Virus record (IMG/VR): IMGVR_UViG_3300016484_000766
Location: 1-63,230 of that record
Length of the DNA stretch: 63,230 nucleotides
Strand: one strand, 5' to 3'
From: a virus
Lineage: Duplodnaviria > Caudoviricetes
The position numbers and the translations under genes are program-made. This document shows positions 47,875 through 56,530 of this stretch, in pieces. Within the stretch, counting starts at the first letter, position 1. The number at the start of each line of letters is the position of its first letter. The notes below the pieces were generated by a model. It did not search any database. It saw only the letters and a program-made list of their open reading frames with translations, and was not told where the DNA came from.

Positions 47875-49995
47875 TTACTTGTTAGCAGGTTGGAAGTGGT
47901 CGGTGGTAGGGGCGCCGTTCTGGAGCTTCTCGCCCCCACCCGGCTTCTTCGGCGAACCTTGCTGCTCGCCGTCGGCACCTGGTTCACCGCCGGCTTGCAT
48001 CATCATCAGCTGCTGCTGAAGTGCTTCGGCCTGGCGCTGTCGCAGGATAGGTGCGCTGGGCACAACCTTGTCGGGGTTGACGTCCAGGCGCTTGATGGTC
48101 GGGCGCAGCAGCTCAGCCACGCCCTCGATTCCGAGGATCTGCATGACGACCGGGCTCTGCAGAGCGACCTGCAGGAACTCGTTCATGCGGACTTGCGCAG
48201 CTTCCTTCGTAGCAAGCGAAGACGCGCCGCGCGCGATGACGTTGATGTCGCCCTTAAGCTCAGGGTCGTCGCCGTAGCGCATGTTGTAGTAGTACAGGCG
48301 CTCAAGCATGGGCGTGATGACGTCGAAGTCGATCGCGCCGACGACCTGCTTGATGATCTTGCTGGCGTTGCTGATCATCATGGAGATGCCGCTGGCTGTG
48401 CGTCCTGCGCCGCCTTCGCCACCGTTGAAGCCCGACATGTACTTCGGGATACCTGTGTACTCGTCAGCAAGCGCGCTGAACTTCTCGTACACGGACATCA
48501 GCTCTTGCGCGTGGCTCTCCGGGTTGAAGAACGTGATCGGGGCTGCGGTACCGCCCATGGGATCGGACTCAAACTGCCAGATCTTCCAGGGGTACATCTC
48601 GGTGATGTCCTCGCCCGGCGGCAGGCGGTTCGACAGCACGGCCACCTGCGGGCCCGAAGCGATGCCCAGGTTCGCGGCCAGCGCCCGCGCGGCGGCATTG
48701 CACATGTCCTGGCAGTCGTGCATCAGGTCGTAGGGGGAGTTACCCCACACCGTGCCGGGGACCTTCTGGAACGAGCTGCAGTAGAACGGGCGACGTGCCA
48801 GGGGGTCGGCGTTGAGCACGGCCTTGATGACGTAGTTGCCGATGCACCACGCCTCGATCTTGTACTCCTTCGACGGGTCCGGAATCTCCTCCGGCGTCAT
48901 GCCCCACTCAAGGAGCATCTTCCCGCTCGCCGACCCCCAGTACTGGAGAGCGTCGATCATGCCGCTCTCGTTCATGACCGGAGTGTTGGTCTTGCCCTCG
49001 GCCTTGGCCTTCTGGGCGTCGATGGCCAGCCACTCACGCAGGCCGGAGTCGCCGAACAGCTCCAGCACCTTCTTGATGGCGTCTTCGTCGAAGCCGTCCA
49101 CACCGATCATCTCGTTGAGCGCCTCGCGGCTCAGCCGCTGACGCCGGATCAGCGGGCCGTCATTGATGTCTTTGGCGTAGCGCGCCGGGAACATGTCGAA
49201 CGGGTCGACGCGCTCCCACTCCAGGGTCAGCGTGTTCTCGACGGTCATCTGACCGCCCTGCCCCCAGGTCAGCTTGGGCTTGTTGCGCACGACCGGACCG
49301 GCGAGGAACGCCGTCTTGAACGTCGCCAGGTCGGAGATGAACTGGTCCAGCGCCACGAGGTACCCGCCCTCCACGAGCTGGTCCTCCATCTTCTTCTCCA
49401 TGCGCTCGGCGTACTCGCGCGCCAGCTCCTCGACGCGGTTCTCCAGCTCGGTGCGCATCTCGCGCATCCGCATCTGGGCGGCCTGCATCGTCGGGGGGAA
49501 CCCGCTCATCATGGCCTGCTCGATCTCCATGGTCAGCTGCATGACCAGCTGCTCGGCGATCTCAGGCGGCATATCAGGCACCGGGGTGGGGCCGAGCGTC
49601 CAGGGTTTTTCGGCGCCGGTGCCGATCATCACGTCGCGCAACAGGCTCTCGACCTGGCGCATCTTCCCCGAGGCGACCATCATGTAGATAGCCGGCTGGC
49701 GGTTCTCGGAGATCTTCTGGAGTTTCTCGGACGTGTACTCCCCGCGTCGCGCAAGGAGGGCCTCGATCATCTGCTGCTCGATGGGCAGGCGGGCCGTTTT
49801 CGCGTCGGTGAACGCGTGCTTGATGTGCTGCGCCAGGTTCTGGATAACCGGCATCCCCTGCTTTTCCTCCACGCTCTGGGACGGGGGAGCGTCCATGGCG
49901 AGCGCGGCCGCGACATTACCGACGGGCAAAATGCCGCCGATACTCACAACCCGGGGTTGCCCCGGGGCGGTGCCGGTAGGAGGAAGGCCTAGCAC
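47875..49995 (-). CDS. Portal protein
   Basis: 706 aa after terL; RVDPFDMFP, GRTASGISM, Gln-rich C-terminus. Confidence 0.85.
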   Translation of the reverse strand: MLGLPPTGTAPGQPRVVSIGGILPVGNVAAALAMDAPPSQSVEEKQGMPVIQNLAQHIKHAFTDAKTARLPIEQQMIEALLARRGEYTSEKLQKISENRQPAIYMMVASGKMRQVESLLRDVMIGTGAEKPWTLGPTPVPDMPPEIAEQLVMQLTMEIEQAMMSGFPPTMQAAQMRMREMRTELENRVEELAREYAERMEKKMEDQLVEGGYLVALDQFISDLATFKTAFLAGPVVRNKPKLTWGQGGQMTVENTLTLEWERVDPFDMFPARYAKDINDGPLIRRQRLSREALNEMIGVDGFDEDAIKKVLELFGDSGLREWLAIDAQKAKAEGKTNTPVMNESGMIDALQYWGSASGKMLLEWGMTPEEIPDPSKEYKIEAWCIGNYVIKAVLNADPLARRPFYCSSFQKVPGTVWGNSPYDLMHDCQDMCNAAARALAANLGIASGPQVAVLSNRLPPGEDITEMYPWKIWQFESDPMGGTAAPITFFNPESHAQELMSVYEKFSALADEYTGIPKYMSGFNGGEGGAGRTASGISMMISNASKIIKQVVGAIDFDVITPMLERLYYYNMRYGDDPELKGDINVIARGASSLATKEAAQVRMNEFLQVALQSPVVMQILGIEGVAELLRPTIKRLDVNPDKVVPSAPILRQRQAEALQQQLMMMQAGGEPGADGEQQGSPKKPGGGEKLQNGAPTTDHFQPANK

Positions 49996-50003
49996 GGGTT
50001 ACC

Positions 50004-50162
50004 TTACTTGCCGCGCTTCTTGGCAAACATCTGCTTGCGGTCAAACGCTTCTTCGCGCTTGGACCCTTCCTTCATGCCTTTGGACTCCTTGTCCTTGGCC
50101 GACTTCTCGAAGGGAGCGGCTTTCTTGGCCGACTTCTTCGCAGGAGGAAACGAGAACGCCAT
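50004..50162 (-). CDS. 52-aa Lys-rich protein (not in the ORF track)
   Basis: GAGG RBS; MAFSFPPAKKSAKK...AKKRGK; fills the terL-portal gap. Confidence 0.7.
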   Translation of the reverse strand: MAFSFPPAKKSAKKAAPFEKSAKDKESKGMKEGSKREEAFDRKQMFAKKRGK

Positions 50163-50196
50163 GAATACCTCTCACAGATTTTCAGCTATCTACCTC

Positions 50197-50216
50197 AGTA
50201 TAGCTTACACGTAAGC
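50197..50216 (-). promoter_or_regulatory. Palindromic operator plus -10 element (putative late promoter)
   Basis: - strand GCTTACGTGTAAGC immediately followed by TATACT. Confidence 0.65.
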
Positions 50217-51647
50217 ATATGACGAGCGCTTTACCTCTTTACGAGTCGTCGAGTACCTGGCGCCAAACGCCGCGCCGTTGTCCGCGTGCAAGCAGAGATA
50301 CTGCAGCGCGTCGGCAATATCTGACCAAGGGTGGTTTTTCTCCGGACTCTCGTCCTTCTCGCCCTTGGTATTGATCTTGTACCGATACTTGCTGCGCAGC
50401 GCAGTGATCAGCGGCCCGCAGCCGGCGGCGTCAAACACGATCGACTCCTTGCCGTCAACCGTGCGGGTGAGGTAGTTCTCCACCGCAGCCAGGCGAGCAG
50501 CGATCACGTTCGTCCGGGCGCCGATGACCTTGAACCCCTCCGCCTTGAAGATGTCCGCGACGGTGCGCTCGTCCGTCTGCGCCCGCTGGAACGCCGCCGG
50601 GTCGATGACCACCAGGATCGGACGTCCTGCGTACTTGTTAGCAATGAGCGGCTTGAGCTTCTCGCGGATGAACCGCAGCGCGCCCATGCTCTCGCTGATG
50701 ACGGCGTCGTGGACGATCAGCCGGTTCTGGTAGTCGAGCTGGCCGAACACCGCCGCCGGGCTCAGGCCCGCGTCCACGCCGATGATGACGGTGGACGGCA
50801 CCACGTTGAACGGCGACTTGCTGACGTGTCGCGCCTGGTCGAAGCTGCGGAACACCGGGTCGCCCGCCAAGCTCTTGCCGAACTTAGCATGGATGTAGAC
50901 GTCCACCCAGTCCTGGCTCTTGCCGTTGGCCAAGTTCTCGTAGTAGTCGCTGGGCAGATGCTGCACCCAGTCAGCCTCCGGCGCCAGGCCCGACGGCTGG
51001 AAGAACACGTCCAGGTTGCTCGGCGGGTCCATGAGCAACTTCTCCCAGAACGTGTCCATGTCCGGCGGGTTGGTCATGCCCCAGATGTGCTTGTTGGGCG
51101 TGCCGTCGTCCTTGACGCAGCCCTGGATCGGGTTCCCCTTGCTGTCCACGCCCCACTCCGGGCGATGCGGCACCATGAGGCCGTCCGGGTAACGCCCCAA
51201 GCGGCCCTGCACGTTCTCGTAGATGTCCGGGTGGATCTCTCGGAACTCGTCCATGACCGCGAAGCTCAGCTGCAGCGACAGCAGGCGCCGAACGTCGTTG
51301 GCGTCCTCCAGGCCACGGAACAGTACCTCGCACTCGACGTCGTCGAAGCGCAGGGTGAACTTCATGTCCGTCTTGGCCATCGTGCCGGCCTGGCCGTCCG
51401 GGAACCACTTCAGGAAGTCCGGGATGCTCGTGTCCATCAGCATCTGGCGCGTGTTACGAATCCACACGCAGCGCGAGCGCCGGATGCCGTCGCGGCACGC
51501 CGCCATCTGCTTGGCGTGGTACGCGATCTTCATGATCCCAGCGGTGGTCTTGGTCGAGCCGACCGGGCCGACGATCAGCGCACCGAACGCCTCGCTGATC
51601 AGGAACTTCTCCGCCGACTTGGGCGGGGTATACGTAAGTGACGTCAC
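50205..51647 (-). CDS. terL: Terminase large subunit
   Basis: GPVGSTKTT, VMDE, MTNPP, IGVDAG, SDIADALQY. Confidence 0.93.
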   Translation of the reverse strand: MTSLTYTPPKSAEKFLISEAFGALIVGPVGSTKTTAGIMKIAYHAKQMAACRDGIRRSRCVWIRNTRQMLMDTSIPDFLKWFPDGQAGTMAKTDMKFTLRFDDVECEVLFRGLEDANDVRRLLSLQLSFAVMDEFREIHPDIYENVQGRLGRYPDGLMVPHRPEWGVDSKGNPIQGCVKDDGTPNKHIWGMTNPPDMDTFWEKLLMDPPSNLDVFFQPSGLAPEADWVQHLPSDYYENLANGKSQDWVDVYIHAKFGKSLAGDPVFRSFDQARHVSKSPFNVVPSTVIIGVDAGLSPAAVFGQLDYQNRLIVHDAVISESMGALRFIREKLKPLIANKYAGRPILVVIDPAAFQRAQTDERTVADIFKAEGFKVIGARTNVIAARLAAVENYLTRTVDGKESIVFDAAGCGPLITALRSKYRYKINTKGEKDESPEKNHPWSDIADALQYLCLHADNGAAFGARYSTTRKEVKRSSYAYV

Positions 51648-51985
51648 TTCTCGCCCTCCGCTACCTGCTCCACGACCTCGACCTTCGGCAGAGCCGCCGG
51701 CTGAGAGCCGATGACGATATTCACGGAGAACCCTGGGCCAGACCCAGAGCCGCCGGCCGCCGTGGCTTCTTTCTCCGCAGAGATGGTGTTGAGCAGCGAG
51801 ATGGCTTCCATGCGCAGCTTGAGCGGGACGGTTGAATCCCGCAGCTGCTCCAGGAGTTTGTGGACCTGCATCAACGTGGCCTTGCGCGCAAATTGGCGAA
51901 GTACCTTTGGGTCCTTGGCGACCTCCTCCAGCATGGCCGGGGGAGGGGTCATATACCGCTTGACGGCTAGGTTTTCTTCGTCCAT
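51644..51985 (-). CDS. Probable terminase small subunit
   Basis: Coupled upstream of terL; GFSVNIVIG C-terminal strand; start uncertain (51985 or 52039). Confidence 0.55.
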   Translation of the reverse strand: MDEENLAVKRYMTPPPAMLEEVAKDPKVLRQFARKATLMQVHKLLEQLRDSTVPLKLRMEAISLLNTISAEKEATAAGGSGSGPGFSVNIVIGSQPAALPKVEVVEQVAEGEK

Positions 51986-51992
51986 GGCGAGA

Positions 51993-52760
51993 TTATGCGT
52001 CCTTGTGTGTACTTGTAAGCTCATTGGCGAGAAACTCATCGGTAGCGGCTAGGCTTTTAGCCATCTCTGAGCAGGCTTTGTACTCCTCCGGAGTATGGGG
52101 ACGACCGTCGCTCCATAGCCGCTTGCGCAGGACGGCAGCGATAAGCGCTACGAGTACATGCTCACCGCCGCGCACGGCGGCTTTGACGCGTTCTGGGTCT
52201 ACGCCTAGAACCGCGGCGGCTTTGTTCACCGTGGTAACCGTCCCAGCAACCGTCACTGTATACACAGGGCGCGTATTGCGGACGTGTGAATACTGCTCTA
52301 CGTGGGTAGCCCACCTGCAGTTCTCTGGGGTGTAGTCGCCGTCCGGGTCCTTACGGTCTAGAGTAGTACCGCTTGGTTTGAGGCCCATGTCATCCACAAA
52401 CGCCCAGAAGTCGCTGCGCCAGCGGTCGCACACCTGTACTCCTCTACCTCCATAGAACCGGTAGTTGTCCTGGCTAGGCATGGTGCACCGCTTGATCATG
52501 CTTCGCCACGTGGTGTACAGCGGGTGCTTTCCTGCGGGTGGGCGCTTTGGCGCCACTGGCGCGGTAGCTTTCTTGCGCTCTTTGGCCAAGCACCCACAGG
52601 ATTTGGTACGGCCAGTGCGCAGACTTTCCCAGCGTACTGATGTTGTGTTGCCGCACGTACACGCGCAGGCGTACTTGTGGTTGCCGTTTTTGCGTGTGGT
52701 GGGCTCGGCTACTGCCAAGACTGTTAGGCGTCCAAATACTCGACCTACTCGTGCTTCCAT
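51993..52760 (-). CDS. HNH homing-endonuclease-like protein
   Basis: FGRLTV..CACTCG...[36 protein letters not shown]. Confidence 0.88.
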   Translation of the reverse strand: MEARVGRVFGRLTVLAVAEPTTRKNGNHKYACACTCGNTTSVRWESLRTGRTKSCGCLAKERKKATAPVAPKRPPAGKHPLYTTWRSMIKRCTMPSQDNYRFYGGRGVQVCDRWRSDFWAFVDDMGLKPSGTTLDRKDPDGDYTPENCRWATHVEQYSHVRNTRPVYTVTVAGTVTTVNKAAAVLGVDPERVKAAVRGGEHVLVALIAAVLRKRLWSDGRPHTPEEYKACSEMAKSLAATDEFLANELTSTHKDA

Positions 52761-52933
52761 ATATACCTCAGTGTAGTTGCTTACGTGTAATGTACCACCT
52801 TTGGTAGGTGATGAGGAGGGTTTGCGGCGAGAGATACCCCCTCCGTCCACCAGGGGGTCCGACCTCATTGCCCCACCCCACCCCCGTCATCCTCGTGGTC
52901 ACGAAACACAGAAAACACAGTCGCGCCGGATAT

Positions 52934-52962
52934 GAGAGGCGACTCTCCCCGCTCTTTAACAA
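52934..52962 (+). promoter_or_regulatory. boxB-like GNRA hairpin plus rrn-type boxA
   Basis: GAGAG-GCGA-CTCTC followed by CGCTCTTTAACAA. Confidence 0.7.
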
Positions 52963-53037
52963 TCAACCCGCCTTTGACGCCTGCCGCGCCTAGTGCGCCT
53001 GCGGGTATCCGGTGGACCTTGATTGTCTGAGCCTGTA

Positions 53038-53049
53038 GCTCTTTAACAA
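53038..53049 (+). promoter_or_regulatory. Second rrn-type boxA
   Basis: GCTCTTTAACAA. Confidence 0.65.
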
Positions 53050-53545
53050 CGCATAACTCCAGTGTCGCTGCGCGCGTTTCGCGTGCGGTATGGGCTGGAC
53101 GTTTTCAGGATCGTATACCTGATGACATAGCATCCCGCGCCAATCGGGCTGTAGAGAATCGTCATAGAAAGCCGACGCACCTAACGTACGCACGTTGCAT
53201 CGTGCGGTAATTCGTTTGCGGGGCTGGAAAAGGTGAGAGGCACGTGGTAACGCGTGCCTAGACACTCTACGGACGTCGTGCGAGGGCAAAGCCGGTTAGC
53301 GCCGGTACTGCGCCAGCTTGGGGGTAAGAATCCCGCCGGCTGGAAAGGCCCTCCGTGGAAAGACACGTGAGGCAGTCTCCCGAGGTGCGACCGATTACAA
53401 GGCCTGCGCGGGAGGCTTTGGCATGGGCGTCCCGGGCGTCCTGACAGGGGATCGTGTGCAAACACATAAGCACGCGGCGAGACCTGAACCCGGGCATATC
53501 CGCATGCGTCATGGATTGGCGCATGTCGTTGTGTCACTTTCACAT
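53050..53545 (+). ncRNA. Candidate structured leader or ncRNA
   Basis: No credible CDS; several hairpins with G-U pairs and GNRA loops. Confidence 0.4.
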
Positions 53546-53556
53546 AGGAGCCAATC

Positions 53557-54066
53557 ATGCACAACCTGACCCTGATCGCCCGTGGCGAAGTCGCCGTTTC
53601 CCCGTCCATGGACCGCACCGTCACGTTCGTGGCGAAGAAGGACGGCACCACGGCCACGCTCACGGCGGAAGGCGCCGTGTACAAGGGCGGCAAGGCCCTC
53701 AAGGCGCTGCGCACCGTCGCGGCCGAGGTCGCGCTCGGCAAGGCCATCAACGGGCGCTATCGCTCGGCCTCCGAGATCGTCGCCAACGGCGCGCCGGCCT
53801 CGCTCACCACGTCGTTCAACAAGCTGCTTGGCAGCCCGTGGAACACCAAGGCGTCGTTCACCGCGTACTGCGAGGCGGTGCTGCGCGAGACGCCCAAGGC
53901 CGACAAGGGCTGGAACGAGAAGCAACTCGAAGCCCGCGACCTGGCGCAGGTGTTCATCGACTTCATCCGCGAGCAGGAAGAGAAGGCCGCCGAGCGCGAA
54001 GCCGACACCGTGGAGAACGGCTACGCCGGCACCCCGCTGATGCACCTGGAGCAGCAGGTCGGCTGA
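53557..54066 (+). CDS. First early gene, hypothetical
   Basis: TAGGAG RBS, very strong codon bias, own terminator. Confidence 0.85.
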   Translation: MHNLTLIARGEVAVSPSMDRTVTFVAKKDGTTATLTAEGAVYKGGKALKALRTVAAEVALGKAINGRYRSASEIVANGAPASLTTSFNKLLGSPWNTKASFTAYCEAVLRETPKADKGWNEKQLEARDLAQVFIDFIREQEEKAAEREADTVENGYAGTPLMHLEQQVG

Positions 54067-54087
54067 TCCCGCGGCACACCACGCACT

Positions 54088-54115
54088 AGGCCCGCTTCGG
54101 CGGGCCTTTGCCTTT
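54088..54115 (+). terminator. Intrinsic terminator
   Basis: AGGCCCGC-TTCG-GCGGGCCT-TTGCCTTT. Confidence 0.8.
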
Positions 54116-54151
54116 GTGCTCACCGTGAGTGCAAGGTCAAAGGAGATAGAT

Positions 54152-54313
54152 ATGTGGCACGTATGGATTCGCGTCAACGGCCAGTGGGTGGAATCCGCGA
54201 AAGCGTGGGTCGAGGAGCCCGAAGCCCGCGCCGCCGCCGTGGATGTGAAGCACATGTTCCCTGACGCGAGCGTCTTTCTGCAGTTCGGTGATGACACTCC
54301 CGAGGAGATTTGA
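54152..54313 (+). CDS. Hypothetical protein
   Basis: AAGGAG RBS. Confidence 0.7.
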   Translation: MWHVWIRVNGQWVESAKAWVEEPEARAAAVDVKHMFPDASVFLQFGDDTPEEI

Positions 54314-54314
54314 T

Positions 54315-54533
54315 ATGGCACTCTCTTCCGCCCCCGCGCCCTTCGTGGACTTCCGCTACAAGCATGCGCTGTTCATCTTCCTGCCGCGCACCGTCCACGG
54401 CGCGTATCCCAACGTGAAGGATGACCACGAATATCGGGAGGACTTCATCGAAGCCGCCTTCGACTCCGTGCCGATGAATAGCGACGTGAGCTGGTGCGCC
54501 GACGCAATCAACGCGTTTGTGCATGGCTCGTAA
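54315..54533 (+). CDS. Hypothetical protein
   Basis: GAGGAG RBS. Confidence 0.7.
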   Translation: MALSSAPAPFVDFRYKHALFIFLPRTVHGAYPNVKDDHEYREDFIEAAFDSVPMNSDVSWCADAINAFVHGS

Positions 54534-54550
54534 TATACGCACCGTGCATA

Positions 54551-55154
54551 GCACCTTCGTATATCAATATGAAGGTGTGCAAAGCGCTATGCAATGCGCC
54601 GCGCAGCAGTCATCACGCGGCGTGCCTCGTATATCAATATGAGGGCTTGCAAAGCGCTTTGCAAAGGGTCATTCGTATATCCATCGGGGGTGGTGGCTAT
54701 ATCAATGGCTACTTTTTGGCTGCAAAGCGCTATGCAAGCCTGCTTTGCACGTCTGCATAGCGTCTTCATAGCTCCACAGGGGTGGTGGTGCATACTAATA
54801 GAATATTAATCATATTAATTTTATTATGAAGGGTAGAACAACCCGGTTGGGAAAATGACCCCGCTACGCAGCTTTGCGCTTTGCAAACTCTCCCTCCGCG
54901 GCATCCACTTGCAAAGCGCAAAGCGCAGAGCGGGGTGCTTTGGCCAAAACGCTTTCAAAATCGCCTTTAATAAGATGGATATACTACGGCGACGCTAAAC
55001 GACTGTCAGTGCTCGAAAAAGAGCTATGAAGAGTGCTTATATTAAATGTCGCCCCAAACTGCGATATCTAATATACGCACCCGTGGTTACGACCCCGCTC
55101 TGCGCTTTGCAGCAAGACCCTTCACACTGGTCGGACGTTGCAAAGCGCTTTGCA
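54551..55154. repeat. Palindrome/iteron array with AT-rich core (candidate origin or operator array)
   Basis: TGCAAAGCGCT[AT]TGCA at 54578, 54648, 54721, 55139; TCGTATATCAATATGA at 54557 and 54627; AT-rich 54792-54830; inverted repeat 54858-54936. Confidence 0.8.
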
Positions 55155-55240
55155 GTCTTGTAAGCTACGTGCACTCCTACTCACTCACCAACGCGGAGTC
55201 CTCGCACACCACACGCAATATCGGACCAAGGACACCACAC

Positions 55241-55687
55241 ATGCCTGCAAAGCAGATCAGCCTTCGCTTAACCGCGGCCGAAGACGAAGCACTCAAGACG
55301 CTAGCCGCCAGCATGGGCACCAACCCCACGGCCCTGTTCCGGGCGGCTATCTTGTCGCTGGCACAGAAGGGCGGCGCGCCCGCTCGCTCCGCTACGAGGA
55401 AGGGCAAGTCGCTGGCTACGTCCCACGCCGCCGAACTCTGGCCGTTCGTTCACGCCTCCCTGCTTGCTTACCTGAAAGCCAAGGAGGATGCCCGCATGGC
55501 GCGCGGCGCATGGGGCGAGCCGCTCACCGCCAAAGAGTTCATCAACGCGGCGGTTCTGCAGAAGCTCGTGGATCTCGGCGCCCACACGCTGGACCCCGAC
55601 CAGACCACCGGAGCGGAGTACATCACCCCGCTCGGCGCGCAGCACCAACAGAATCCGACGGGCGCGGGGCAGCAAACCCCCGCGTAA
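55241..55687 (+). CDS. Ribbon-helix-helix DNA-binding protein
   Basis: KQISLRLTAAEDEALKTLAASMGTNPTALFRAAI; AAGGA RBS. Confidence 0.75.
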   Translation: MPAKQISLRLTAAEDEALKTLAASMGTNPTALFRAAILSLAQKGGAPARSATRKGKSLATSHAAELWPFVHASLLAYLKAKEDARMARGAWGEPLTAKEFINAAVLQKLVDLGAHTLDPDQTTGAEYITPLGAQHQQNPTGAGQQTPA

Positions 55688-55776
55688 CCCCGAGGTGGCG
55701 GGTGCGAAGTAACCGCCGGTGCAAGGCCAGGCGCCGCCTGGCCACCTCCCTCAACTCCCGCACAAGGAGAACACAA

Positions 55777-56073
55777 GTGAACCAGAAAGACGTCAATGGC
55801 TTCGCCGCCGTAGGCATGGCCACGTGCTTCATGGGCTGCGTCGGCGGCTGGCGCATGGTGTACGACTCGGTCCCCGAGCACATGGGCTGGCTGCGCGCCC
55901 TCTACGTGATCGTCACGTTCCTCGCGCTGTGCATGATCGCCAGCTACTTCCTGCCCAAAGTGGCGGACGAGGACCCGGACGACAAGGCGCTGAACAACCT
56001 GCCCACCATCGACAAGGACATCCTGCTGGACGCGCTGCAAGGCCAGCAAGTTCATCGCGGGGTGCGCAAGTGA
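55777..56073 (+). CDS. Small membrane protein
   Basis: GTG start after AAGGAG; two hydrophobic segments. Confidence 0.7.
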   Translation: MNQKDVNGFAAVGMATCFMGCVGGWRMVYDSVPEHMGWLRALYVIVTFLALCMIASYFLPKVADEDPDDKALNNLPTIDKDILLDALQGQQVHRGVRK

Positions 56074-56213
56074 CCGCCGTGGGCATGTTCGCCGGGCGTG
56101 GCGACGTGGTGCTCGCCATGCTCATGGCCGCCGTGTTCGGCGTGTGGCTGGGCTGGCAGGCGAAGCGGTTCCAGCTGTGGGTCCTCGCCAAGCGCGACGC
56201 CGCGAAGAAGTAA
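56070..56213 (+). CDS. Small membrane protein
   Basis: GTGA overlap; one TM segment, basic tail. Confidence 0.6.
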   Translation: MTAVGMFAGRGDVVLAMLMAAVFGVWLGWQAKRFQLWVLAKRDAAKK

Positions 56214-56258
56214 CCACCACCTTCACCCAACTCACCCAACTCACCCAAGGAGAGCCAC

Positions 56259-56495
56259 ATGGCCAAGAAAGACGGTACCAACGGCGCCAAGATCGGCCGC
56301 CACTCGCGCAACCCCAGCAGCAAGATGCAGGCCACGCGCTCGGCACGCAACAAGACCAAGGCCATCGCCAAGGCGCAGGCCCGTGGCGACAAGCGCGCCG
56401 GTGTGCCGCTCAGCGCCGACGACTACAAGCCGCGCACCTACCTCGCCAGCAAGCGCCTCCAGGACAACCAGGCCCCCAAGGTGGTTTACCCGTAA
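56259..56495 (+). CDS. Small basic protein
   Basis: AAGGAG RBS; K/R-rich. Confidence 0.75.
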   Translation: MAKKDGTNGAKIGRHSRNPSSKMQATRSARNKTKAIAKAQARGDKRAGVPLSADDYKPRTYLASKRLQDNQAPKVVYP

Positions 56496-56530
56496 GCGGG
56501 CATCAGCAGTCATCAACCAGGAGAGCACAC

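Noticed and set aside
53284-53343. Resemblance to a c-di-GMP-I riboswitch (GGCAAAGCCGG...CCGGT)
   Set aside because: Lacks the GNRA loop and the GACGCAAAGC junction, and is far from a start codon; needs a covariance-model search before any claim.
54551-54737. ~70-bp periodic repeats considered as a CRISPR array
   Set aside because: Only three degenerate units, repeated material within the supposed spacers, and no cas operon; better explained as a protein-binding array.
55046-56213. Long upstream extensions of ORFs 55046-55687, 55138-56073 and 55719-56213
   Set aside because: Clear RBS-linked or coupled starts lie downstream (55241, 55777, 56070); the extensions run through repeats or other genes.
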